DNA of 59,941 nt, counting the filler, from Squatina squatina (Eukaryota): the NCBI GenBank assembly GCA_031763465.1. It is 3 parts of 3 records of this genome, joined end to end, with 100 filler letters (N's around TTAATTAATTAA, not from the genome) between each part and the next. Parts side by side here need not be neighbours in the genome. Positions count along the whole stretch, not along the records: positions 45,280 to 59,941 come from JARFOE010000013.1; 2 more parts are not named here. One strand, 5' to 3'. The position numbers were made by a program, and so were the translations under genes. Numbering within the stretch: position 1 is the first letter of the stretch; the number at the start of each line of letters is the position of its first letter. The notes under the pieces are model-generated. The model saw only the letters and a list, made by a program, of their open reading frames with translations, was not told the origin of the DNA and ran no database searches. Of this stretch, positions 48,912-59,941 are shown piece by piece.

Positions 48912-51315
48912 ATGATGAACAAGGTCAGAGTCAAGAGACCCCCAATGGAAGATAAGATATACTCACATGTGTGTAGTGAGGTAGACATTTCTGAGCGATG
49001 GGCACAAGAAATGATACACTCTGTTAATCTGCAGGAGAAAGTGGCAGAGTGGACAGTTAGTAGTAACCATAGGAAATCGAGAGAGAAAGCAATTTGACTA
49101 ATATGTTTGCAAAAGCAAAAGCAGGTTCTCATGAAGAGAGTAGAAGAATTAGAAGAAGTAAAAGAGGAGTTAGGAATTAAGGCAAATGGTAGAGAAGCAG
49201 TAGTAAATCAGTTGATGGAAGATTTAGGTGAAGAAAGACAGGAAAGGAAAATGAAGGAAGAAACGGCACAAAGTATGCTAGTGTATTTATAATGCCGGGT
49301 TACTGAGTGCAGGAGACAGTGTCAGACTCATTACGAGGAAAGCATAAGGAATCTGAGTGAGCCGAAGAAGCAGAGGAACGATTGAAGGATATTAAGATGG
49401 CATATAGAGTAGGCCGAAAACAGGGGTATGAAGGGGCCGATCACGGGCCATGTAATGAAGGAATTCGTAAACTGACCCGAGCATATCCGGGGCCAGAGGT
49501 ATGGTTTGTCTCATGGAGCCGGGAGAAGTTGGGGGAGAATGGGATGAGAGGGGTAAAGAACCCAATGATGGGCCCCAGTATAGTGAGTGTTGGTTGGCTC
49601 CCGAGACACTGGGACCACCGAGGCCAATGTGTCCCCTGCGACAGCAAAGGTTCGGTCCACCGCCAGCGCATGGTGGCCCGGCGCTGTTCCAGAGTGACTA
49701 TGTGCTCCCATATACACCCTTGCAGTTACAAGAAATGCGGCTAACGTGGTGAAATTGAAATATGGAGGAGACGCCTCCGTCCATTTTGCCAACGTAGAAC
49801 AGATAGGCGGTATCAATAATTGCAACGATGACAAGATAAAGAAACTAATACTGTTCTCCTTAGACGGGAAGCTGTATCAGAGTTTGTTGGCTGCCATTAA
49901 ACAGTTTGAAAGACGGAATTTTAGCAGCATTAGGATATAGCCAAGGTAGTCCTTTCTTACAGGTTGAGCATACTAGACAGCAGGCAGGCACGTTGCCCGG
50001 CACATTTGTGGATAGATTGTGGTCGGTATATCAGAGCAACTGGAGGAAATCTAGCACGCGGAGAAGTCATTGGCTAAGGACCGTAGTGTTCAACAGCTTG
50101 CCGCAGATCAGAGCAAGGGCTGAGTCATGGTTTGACCCTGAGGACAATAATAATACTGAGGTGGGTGTGCTGAGAAAGCTAACTTTAGCTTTCAAATCAG
50201 ACAAAGAGGAAGAATATAAACAAAAGGGGAAGGTGCGTAAAGTAAGAGGGAACGTGGGGAGTAAGAAGGAATGGAGGCACGAGGGGGGTAATGTGGGCAG
50301 ATCCCAGGCATGTTTCAACTGTGGGAAAATGTGACACTGGAGTAAGGAGTATAGGTTCCCAAATGGGGGGAAACCAGGACACGAGGGTTCCGAGGCATCG
50401 AAACCAAGGGTGGTAGAGATAAGACAAGAGAAGGTAGAAGACCCAGTGAAATTCTTAGTGGCCACATTACAGCAGGTTATGTGCAGAGATCAGGGGAAAC
50501 TGGACGCTGCTGTAAGTGACGGAGGACCCGGTATGTCTGCACCCCTACAGTGATGGGGCGCACCCAGCCCAAATACCTGTGTCCCCTCACCCATGATGAG
50601 TGGGACAGACCATGTAGAGAGTAAAGTGGAGACCTGGGGAAAGTATCTAGTAGACACTAGAGCCTCTAGTACGGTGGTCCATTCACCAAATCTGACCACT
50701 TCATGGTCAGAGTGGAGTCCCATTTAAATTGACAGGTTTTACAGGTAATGAACAGGCTGGAGTGGTATCAATACTCTTGACTGTAAAGTTAGGAGCCGTT
50801 GTCACCAAGAGGGAATGTGTTCTGATGAAGTAGGAACAATCAGGTTCAGGGGTTCTCGGAGCCGATTATATGTTAGCTCACCACGTGATAGTAGATATGA
50901 AAAACAACTGTCTATGGGGGCAGTTGATTCGGATAAACTAAGGAAATTTTAGTCATTCCCAAAGATGAAAAGGTTAAAGGTAGTGCCTGTACGATGAAAG
51001 CAAAGGAAAGCAATGACATAGAACATTTGATTAATAGGGTACCAGCAAAGTACCAAGCAAGTTTACGGGGTAACATCGCTGTGTTCGCTACCCACAGGCA
51101 TGATTGTGGAAGGGTAACGGGGTAGAGGTGAAGGTAGATGGAGACCCAATGATGCGGCCTCAGAAACAGTACAATTTTCCCCGAGAAGCAGAAAGGGATT
51201 TGGAAACTGTGATAAACTCCTTGGTGGATCAGGGAGTATTGAGACCAATAGCTACCCATGTGAATTCATCCCTTTGGCCGGTTAAGAAACCCGATCAATC
51301 TTGGGGAGCCACGGT
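48912..51315 (+). mobile_element. ERV-like gag-pro-RT (copy C), defective
   Basis: Gag from ATG 48912 to TGA 50553 with an N-terminal coiled coil, a capsid-like region and a broken knuckle (50311); protease DTR; RT start PQKQYNFPREA...WPVKKPD; many stops and frameshifts. Confidence 0.9.
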
Positions 51316-51415
51316 NNNNNNNNNNNNNNNNNNNNNNNNNNNNNNNNNNNNNNNNNNNNNNNNNNNNNNNNNNNNNNNNNNNNNNNNNNNNNNNNNNNNN
51401 NNNNNNNNNNNNNNN

Positions 51416-52480
51416 GGTGGGACTCCACTCACCAAAGCCGAGCACTTCCCCATGGTCGAGTGGAGTCCATTTAAATTGAAAGGTTTTACAGGTAATGAAC
51501 AGGCTGGGTCGGTATTGATACCATTGACTATAAAATTAGGATCCTTTGTCACCAAGTGGGAATGTGCTCTGATGAAGTGGGGACAACCCGGTTCGGGGGT
51601 TCTCGGGGCCGATTACTTGTTAGCTCACCACTTGATAGTAGATACGAAAAACAATTGTCTATGGGGGGCAGTTCATTCGGATAAACTGGAGGAAATTTTA
51701 GTCATTCCCAAAGATAAAAAGGTTAAAGGCAGTGCCTGTACGATGAAACCAAAGGGAAGTTCTGAAATAGAGCAATTGATTAATAGCATCCCGGCAAAGT
51801 ACCAAGCGAGTGTACGGGGTAACATCGCCGTGTTCGCTACCCACAGGCATGATTATGGAAGAGTAATGGGGTAGAGGTGAAGGTAGATGGGGACCCAATG
51901 TTGCAACCTCAGAAACAGTAAAATTTTCCCCGAGAAGCAGAAAGGGATTTAGAAACTACGATAAACTCCTTGGTGGATCAGCGTGTATTGAGAACAATAG
52001 CTACCCATGTGAATTCACCTCTTTGGCTGGTTAAGAAACCCAATCAGTCAATGCGAGCCACAGTTGACTTCCAGGTTCTGAATAAAAATATTCCAGCCTG
52101 TGAGCCCACTGTAGCGGCTGTAGCAGATCTGATAGGAAGTATCCCTGCGTCGATAGCAACATTCACCGTACTCGATATACCAAACGGGTTTTGGTTGATC
52201 CCCATGAGGCAGGAAGGCTAGTATAAGTTTGCTTTTACATACAAAGGACAACAATATACATGGACGTGTCTCCCTCAAGGGTTTCACAACAGTCCCTCGA
52301 TTTTTCACCAGTGTATGGCCAATGCGTTAAAGGGTATTAGTCAGCCCAACCAGTTGATCCAATATGTGGACAACCTGTTTTTATTCTCTGAAGGTACAGA
52401 GGATCATGAGCCATTATTGTGTGAACTATTAAAGGAGGCTGGTTTTAAGGTGAATCTCAAGAAAGCCCAAATTAGGCAAG
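51416..52480 (+). mobile_element. ERV-like pro-RT (copy D), defective
   Basis: VLDIPNGFWLIP, YTWTCLPQGFHNSPSIFH and YVDN (52363-52374; degenerate YVDD). Confidence 0.92.
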
Positions 52481-54353
52481 NNNNNNNNNNNNNNNNNNNN
52501 NNNNNNNNNNNNNNNNNNNNNNNNNNNNNNNNNNNNNNNNNNNNNNNNNNNNNNNNNNNNNNNNNNNNNNNNNNNNNNNNTATGGTTGAATAAGCCATAA
52601 GGATGTGGCTTAGAAATATAAAAGTAAAACATATTTTTGCTTCAGAGCTTTTTCAGGAGGTTTCTCCAACAAAATTAGGTTTGCCCACCCCTACAGAGTA
52701 TTTTCTGTATTTATTTCAGATTTTCAACGTTAACAGTTTTCTAAATATATGATACTGCAGTCACCAATGTGACATGAAATCTATGTTTTTGCAAAAGGTG
52801 TGGAACTGAGCTTTCTCAACCCTCGCTCACATTGTTAACCCTGACACCTTCAGCGCTCTGATAAACAACAGAGAATAACATTACTATGGCGTCATCAAAT
52901 CGCAACAAGGAACGATACACTGTGATATCATCGGCGAGTCCTTCGCACGCACGCAGAGAAAGACGTTAAACATCATCAAATCAGGACAATGCCGGGTAAC
53001 TATGACATCCGCTTCTCCTTAGTAACCATGCAGCAGGCCTGACATCTCATTCTAAACTGACAACTGCACCGAACCAGCTCGTTCATATCCTCACAATACA
53101 AGAGGAAAAACACATTTGAAAGGCTACAGTACATAAGCTCAGGGTTATCGTAAAGTGGAACTTGCCAGGAAAATAATTTTAAAAATCATTTTAATTGGGT
53201 TAAGTCACAGGGTCAAAGAAACACACAATTCCTATTATCGCTGACTTTCAAAATTACTACATCAAAAGCAAAAAAACAAGCGTGACCTAACCATCACCTC
53301 TACTCCCAGCACACCTTTCGCTTGTCCAGCAGTCCGAATCCTCCGCTCGGTGGGCNNNNNNNNNNNNNNNNNNNNNNNNNNNNNNNNNNNNNNNNNNNNN
53401 NNNNNNNNNNNNNNNNNNNNNNNNNNNNNNNNNNNNNNNNNNNNNNNNNNNNNNNNNNNNNNNNNNNNNNNNNNNNNNNNNNNNNNNNNNNNNNNNNNNN
53501 NNNNNNNNNNNNNNNNNNNNNNNNNNNNNNNNNNNNNNNNNNNNNNNNNNNNNNNNNNNNNNNNNNNNNNNNNNNNNNNNNNNNNNNNNNNNNNNNNNNN
53601 NNNNNNNNNNNNNNNNNNNNNNNNNNNNNNNNNNNNNNNNNNNNNNNNNNNNNNNNNNNNNNNNNNNNNNNNNNNNNNNNNNNNNNNNNNNNNNNNNNNN
53701 NNNNNNNNNNNNNNNNNNNNNNNNNNNNNNNNNNNNNNNNNNNNNNNNNNNNNNNNNNNNNNNNNNNNNNNNNNNNNNNNNNNNNNNNNNNNNNNNNNNN
53801 NNNNNNNNNNNNNNNNNNNNNNNNNNNNNNNNNNNNNNNNNNNNNNNNNNNNNNNNNNNNNNNNNNNNNNNNNNNNNNNNNNNNNNNNNNNNNNNNNNNN
53901 NNNNNNNNNNNNNNNNNNNNNNNNNNNNNNNNNNNNNNNNNNNNNNNNNNNNNNNNNNNNNNNNNNNNNNNNNNNNNNNNNNNNNNNNNNNNNNNNNNNN
54001 NNNNNNNNNNNNNNNNNNNNNNNNNNNNNNNNNNNNNNNNNNNNNNNNNNNNNNNNNNNNNNNNNNNNNNNNNNNNNNNNNNNNNNNNNNNNNNNNNNNN
54101 NNNNNNNNNNNNNNNNNNNNNNNNNNNNNNNNNNNNNNNNNNNNNNNNNNNNNNNNNNNNNNNNNNNNNNNNNNNNNNNNNNNNNNNNNNNNNNNNNNNN
54201 NNNNNNNNNNNNNNNNNNNNNNNNNNNNNNNNNNNNNNNNNNNNNNNNNNNNNNNNNNNNNNNNNNNNNNNNNNNNNNNNNNNNNNNNNNNNNNNNNNNN
54301 NNNNNNNNNNNNNNNNNNNNNNNNNNNNNNNNNNNNNNNNNNNNNNNNNNNNN

Positions 54354-56466
54354 TGCGTGAAAATCTCAAACAGCATTTTAAAGTAAACCTTGATCGTTAC
54401 AAGGCATTATTCCATGACTTCATTGATGCAGCAGAATGGGAGGATATCATTAATGAGTGTGACCCTTTGTTTGTCCCTCCTGAAGGAGTACCTTTGGGTC
54501 TACGTAATATTCATATATTTGGCTTGGCCAATGTATTACATCGTCCAATCATTTTGCTAGATTCACTGAGTGGAATGAGAAGTTGTGGTGATTATTCAGC
54601 TACCTTTCTCCCAGGATTAGTTCCTGAAGAAAAATGTCGGGGAAAGGATGGACAGCTTAATAAACCTATTTGTATTGCATGGAGCAGTTCAGGGCGCAAC
54701 CATTATATACCTTTGGTTGGGATAAAAAGGGGTCCTTTACCCAGACTTCCTTTGAAACTGTTGCCTAAAGCCTGGGGTGTCCCACAGGAGCTTATTAGGA
54801 AATACATACAGTTTGAAGATGACAGCTGTCTGTTAGGAGGTGACCGAAGTTTGCAGGACAAGTACTTGCAGAGGCTAGTTGCTGCGATGGAAGAAATTTT
54901 CTTGGAGAAGCATGACATCCACCCTTCTCTGGTAGCAGATGTTCATCAATATATATACAGAAGGACAGGAGTAATTGGAATACAACCTGAGGATGTTACT
55001 GAAGCTGCAAAGAAGGCTGTAATTGAAACTCGTTTGCAGAAATGTTTGATTTGTGGTGCTCTTTCAGAGCTTCATGTGCCTACAGAGTGGCTAGCTCCAG
55101 GAGGAAAGTTGTACAACTTAGCTACAAGCACCCATGGTCAACTGAAGCCAGACAAAAATTACAGCTTTCCTGTTCACCATCTGGTGTGCTCGTATGACCC
55201 NNNNNNNNNNNNNNNNNNNNNNNNNNNNNNNNNNNNNNNNNNNNNNNNNNNNNNNNNNNNNNNNNNNNNNNNNNNNNNNNNNNNNNNNNNNNNNNNNNNN
55301 NNNNNNNNNNNNNNNNNNNNNNNNNNNNNNNNNNNNNNNNNNNNNNNNNNNNNNNNNNNNNNNNNNNNNNNNNNNNNNNNNNNNNNNNNNNNNNNNNNNN
55401 NNNNNNNNNNNNTCCCAATAACTTTGGAATGGAATGGAAGGGTGGTGCGAGAAACTGTTTATTGGTTTCAATATGAAAGTGAAGTGGCTCTAAACAGCAA
55501 TGTTTATGATGTTGCTATGAAGCTTGTCACCAAGCATTTTCCTGGTGAATTTGGAAGTGAAATCTTGATTCAGAAAGTTGTTAACACCATATTACATCAT
55601 ACAGCCAAAAAGAATCCTGATGAATATACTCCAGTTACTGTTGAAGGTGCACATAGTCGTAGAGTTGGTGACTTGCAAGATGAACCAATATCAGAGCCAC
55701 ATTTACCTACCAAAATTATTTTAATGGGTCAGAAATCAAAGACTCTGCATAAAGAAGAACTGAACATGAGTAAAACTGAACGAGGTATTCAGCAGAATAT
55801 TACTGACCATGCAGCTATTGTGCAAAAGCGAAAAACTGACCAATTACGACAGGATCAGAAGGGACCAGGCCAACCATCTTCTTCTGGAATTGTTAAAGAT
55901 GGTTCATCATCTGCCCCAGCCACTCCCACTAAGTCCCCTTATTCCCCATCAGCTAGCAAGGAAAAAAAGATTAGAGTAACCACTAGTGATGGACGACAGG
56001 CAACATTGACCCTTCAAGCATCTGTAACATTTTCTGAATTTCAAGAANNNNNNNNNNNNNNNNNNNNNNNNNNNNNNNNNNNNNNNNNNNNNNNNNNNNN
56101 NNNNNNNNNNNNNNNNNNNNNNNNNNNNNNNNNNNNNNNNNNNNNNNTCTGAATTTCAAGAAAGCATAGCTAAAGAATTTAACCTTCCTCCACGTTTGCA
56201 ATGCATACGGTATGGCTTTCCTCCAAAAGAATTGCATCCTCCTAAAGTGGGATGGGAGAACGAGGTTTTGCCCCTGCAGCACGGTGATCGTGTTTCTGTG
56301 GAGATTCTGAAGGACAGCAAGGAACCTGTGCCTGCTGCTTCAACATCTGCAGCTCATTCCTGGAAAACTGAAGAACCTGAAGCATCTGGTAGAGCTTCTG
56401 TTAAGGATATGCAAGACCATATTGATCTTGAAATGTCTTCCCTCTGCCTTCTAGCAACCTTAATGG
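54354..56466 (+). CDS. VCPIP1: Deubiquitinase VCPIP1 (VCIP135), large first coding exon (5' part in gap, two internal gaps)
   Basis: RENLKQHF...FIDAAEWEDIINECDPLFVPPEGVPLGLRNIHIFGLANVL...WSSSGRNHYIPL (OTU His loop)...UBX-like KKIRVTTSDGRQ...EMSSLCLLATLM(G)|gtgag. Confidence 0.95.
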
Positions 56467-57587
56467 GTGAGAACTTACATTATCTTATTTTTGTTCAATT
56501 TAGTTCATTTAACTAGAATGTTATAATGATACAATAATATATTTAGTGGCATAGCTACTTTTTGTGTAAATAGATAATATCCTTTCCAATATTTTTAGCC
56601 AAACGCTTCTTCATAATAAAGAAGAGCAGATAGATATATTACAGTGATACATGCACTGTGGGTTAAGTTGGCTTTGTAAAAAGAACTTTAAAATCACACA
56701 AAATGAGGGAAGATAACAGAACATCTATTTTGTGACACATTAACTGACCATGCATTTACGGTGTTTTATATGGTGTAGTTACATTCAGGAATTCCATTAA
56801 ATTGTATCGCAGTACAACCATCCTAACAGAGAATGGCTAGTTCAGCATGGACCAAAACCCTGATTTTGCTGATTCATGGCAAAGGCTCACCTGTGCCAAT
56901 AACATGAAGGTCAGGCCAAACTGACTATTGCAATGGCAAACCTTCCCCCTAAATTAAATAGGCTACTGTGATATGAAAATCAAGGCGATGCCGGACTGGG
57001 AGCCAATGTCGGTCGGCGAGCACAGGAGTGATGGATGGACGGGACTAGGTGCGAGTTAGGATACGGACAACAGGTTTTTTAGATCGGCTCAAGTTTACGC
57101 AGGGTGCAGGGTGGGAGGCTGGCAAAGTGAGGATTGGAATATTCGAAGCAGTCAGAGAAGGTGGATGGGAGTGTAAAACCTGGCAAGGCAGCAGCTTCTG
57201 AAGGGGGTGGCTTGCCACCAAAGGGGAAGATATGATGCAACAGAAAAATGGACAAATTAGTCATCATGGCTCAGTGGCGATATGTAGACAACACTTTGTT
57301 GCTGTTGAGTTGGAGGTTGGCAAGCAGAGAAGGTTCTCTCTTTGCTGAGAGAAATAAATACTGAACTGGACCCGAGAATGGCTGCACTCCAATTCACTTT
57401 GAAGAGGATGTCATCCAGTTACAATTGAATCCTCAGCAGCATTGCTCAGCCTTTAGCTATAAATGAAATGGCATCGACCCTCAGTGACGCATGGGAGTTT
57501 TGTAGAGCTTCGGGATATGATTTAGTCTAGCATGGCCAACGTCACCAGTGAGCAGCTGCAGAATATCTTTGGCCAAAGCTACTTGGG

Positions 57588-58373
57588 ACATAGAATGATG
57601 CAGGCAAGAAGGAGGCCATTTGGCCCATCGTGCCTGTGCTGGCTCCATGAAAGAGCTCTCCAAATAGTCTCACTCTCCAAATCTTTCCCCACAGTCCTGC
57701 AAATATTTCCCCTTCAAATATTTATGCAATTCCTTTTTGAACATCGGAACCGGAGGAGGCCATTCAGCCCCTCGAGCCAGTTACAGAGGAACAGGAGGAG
57801 GACATTCAGCCCTTCGAGTCTGCTCCGCCATTCAATGAGATCATGGCTGATCTGCAACCTAACGGCATATTCTCACCTTGGGCCCATATCCCTTAATACC
57901 TTTGGTTAACAAAAATCTCCGATTTAGAATTAACAATTGATCCAGCATTAATTGCCGTTTGCGGAAGAGAGTTCCAAACTTCTCCCACCCTTTGTGTGTA
58001 GAAGTGTTTCCTAATTTCACTCCTGGAAAGTCTGACTCTAATTTTTAGACTCTGCCCCTGTTCTTAGACTCCCCAACCAGCGGAAATAGTTTCTCTCTAT
58101 CCAACCTAGCTGTTCCCCTTAATATCCTGAAAACTTTGATTAGATCACCTCTTAACCTTCTAAATTCCAGGGAATACAACCCTAATGTGTTTAATCTCTC
58201 CTCGTTACTTAACCCTTGATGACCGGGTACATTCTGGTAAACCTACGCTTCACTCCCTCCAAGGCCAATATCTCCTTCCTAAGGTGTGGTGCCCAGAACT
58301 GCTCCCAGTGCTCCAGGTGGGGTCTAACCAGGGTTTGTACAGCTGCAGCATAACTTCTACCCCCTTGTATTCT
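57588..58373 (-). mobile_element. Stacked CR1/HER1 LINE 3' ends
   Basis: Repeated GGAGGCCATTCAGCCC tails and a reverse CR1 ORF2 C-terminus (AACCCTTTGTGTGTAGAAGTGTTTCCT region). Confidence 0.75.
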
Positions 58374-58473
58374 NNNNNNNNNNNNNNNNNNNNNNNNNNN
58401 NNNNNNNNNNNNNNNNNNNNNNNNNNNNNNNNNNNNNNNNNNNNNNNNNNNNNNNNNNNNNNNNNNNNNNNNN

Positions 58474-58671
58474 AGAGGGCAGTGGATGCTCAGTTCTTGA
58501 GTATATTCAAGACAGAAATAGATTTTTGGACATTAAGGAAATCAAAGGATATGGTGATAGTGCAGGCAAGTGGATTTGAGGTCGAAGATCAGCCATGATC
58601 TTATTGAATGGTGGAGCAGGCTCAAGGGGCCAAATGGCCGACTCCTGCTCCTATTTCTTAAGTTCTTATGT
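58474..58671 (+). mobile_element. CR1/HER1 LINE 3' tail
   Basis: GATCAGCCATGATCTTATTGAATGG...GGCCAAATGGCC.ACTCCTGCTCCTA plus a TTCTTATG-type tail. Confidence 0.75.
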
Positions 58672-58862
58672 AAGTAACTTTTTATAGAAAAAAATTCTAC
58701 CATTTTCCCTCAGTAACTGACAATTCTGATGACCCAAATAAGGATTGTAACATAAGAGATGTTAAACGTTTACATACTTCAAAATGATATTAATTTCAAC
58801 TATAAAGTTGTTTTTGAGGACTTTCATTAATATACATTTAAGGACTTTAGCTCTCCCAATAA

Positions 58863-59047
58863 CTGAATCATTGAGTATATTCAGGTCTGAGATAGATAGA
58901 TTTTTGGACTCTAGGGGAATCGAGGGATATGGAGATCGGGCGGGAAAGTGGATTTCAGATTGAAGATCAGCCATGATCTTATTGAATGTTGGAACAGGCT
59001 TGAGGGGTCATATGGTCTAGTCCTGCTTCTAATTCTTATGTTCTTAT
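58863..59047 (+). mobile_element. CR1/HER1 LINE 3' tail (second copy)
   Basis: Same tail as 58474-58671, ending TTCTTATGTTCTTAT. Confidence 0.75.
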
Positions 59048-59153
59048 TACAGACCAATGAATTTTTTGAAACGGAGATCATAAGTACTAAGTTGTTTTAA
59101 ACTGTATCAACTAACTCTAATATATTGTTCTTGGTGTTCATTCTTATATACAG

Positions 59154-59941
59154 GTTTAGCAGATGGCAAGCACTTCACTCTTCCCCATCTTCCTGGTAAG
59201 ACATTTGTATACAATGGAACAGATGATAAGCTGGAGCTGTGCATTGATCCAGCAGGGCACATTACCATTGGTCCTGACATTGACAATCTGATCAAAGAGG
59301 CCTTAAGTCAATTACGATCTGAGGGAGGGTCAAGAAGTAGGGAAGGAAGTCCCTCTTCGCATGGAGGGATGAAACTTGGCAGTGGAGGAGTGGTGCGAAA
59401 GAAATCTGAACAAATGCCAAATGTCACAGCTTTCCAGGGAAAAGGCCATTCCCTTGGGACTGCTTCAAGTAGTCCACAGTTGGAGCAGAGGCATAGCAGG
59501 GAAATGCAGGTACTCAGGAAACAAAGCATTGGTAGTTCTTCGGGAACAGATCTTAATTATGGTGTTGGCAAGTCTAGTCCCAAGCAAGGGGCTTCCCCAC
59601 CCAAGTCCAGCAGTGGGGATAGTCAGCTAATACGAATGGCGCCTGGTTTTGTAACAATGCGAGACGGTAGGCAACTTGATTCCTATTTAATTGAAGCACA
59701 ACGTAAGAAGTTGCAAGAGATGGTATCTTCCATTCAAGCCTCCATGGATAAACACTTGAGGGATCAAAATGCAGAACAATCAATACCTAGTGATGTCCCT
59801 GAAACAAAAGTACACTCTACAGCTTCCTCAGTCCAATTAATAATGAGAACTGAAAGCCTTCAAACCGATGCACTGGAGCCACTGCCAGTGACTCCACAAG
59901 CAGGTGACAATGAGAATTTGGGCATGGAAACAACAGCTGTT
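59154..59941 (+). CDS. VCPIP1: VCPIP1, last coding exon (runs off the window)
   Basis: cag|GLADGKHFTLPHLPGKTFVYN...SRSREGSPSSHG.MKLGSGGVVRKKSEQ..NVTAFQGKGHSLGT...RMAPGFVTMRDGR...IEAQRKKLQEMVSSIQASMDKHLRDQ; open to the window end. The small middle exon is not visible (probably in gap 58374-58473). Confidence 0.93.

Noticed and set aside
46927-52480. Single intact provirus or tandem proviral array
   Set aside because: Three gap-separated contigs with overlapping gag/pro content and different lesions; their order may reflect repeat placement by the scaffolder.
52581-53355. Bidirectional SGK3/VCPIP1 promoter
   Set aside because: Position is plausible and CpG rises near the gap, but no definable elements are present and most of the region is N.
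53287-54386. Long ORFs of 336-360 aa
   Set aside because: They span a roughly 1-kb N gap; only the VCPIP1 frame after 54354 is real.

Overview
Eukaryotic (vertebrate, almost certainly shark/ray, judging from the HER1/CR1-type LINE tails and Deu-domain SINEs) genomic DNA from a fragmented, scaffolded assembly. It has many fixed 100-N gaps, and two artificial N44-TTAATTAATTAA-N44 linkers split the window into three unrelated blocks. Block 1 (1-22920) is mostly repeat-rich non-coding DNA, then exons of ZNF367 (-) and HABP4 (+). Block 2 (23021-45179) holds convergent CCNA2 (+) and EXOSC9 (-) exons, a retroviral pro-RT fragment, a tandem array of five intact 315-nt group-B SRCR exons (DMBT1/CD163-like, -), CR1/L2/RTE LINE debris and one GTF2E2 exon (+). 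Block 3 (45280-59941) holds SGK3 exons (-), three pieces of a degenerate LTR-gag-pro-pol endogenous retrovirus-like element, and VCPIP1 (+). The most unusual signals are: (i) a 22-bp minisatellite that is a tandem copy of the SRCR exon/intron junction itself, giving arrays of 5' splice donors after every SRCR exon; (ii) a retroelement with a coiled-coil-led Gag, one CCHC knuckle, an in-frame TGA between gag and pro and a foamy-like RT, which resembles lokiretroviruses; (iii) an apparently intact minimal type-I hammerhead ribozyme in a Penelope-type repeat. Gene identities rest on my recognition of translated exons and splice sites; no database search was run.
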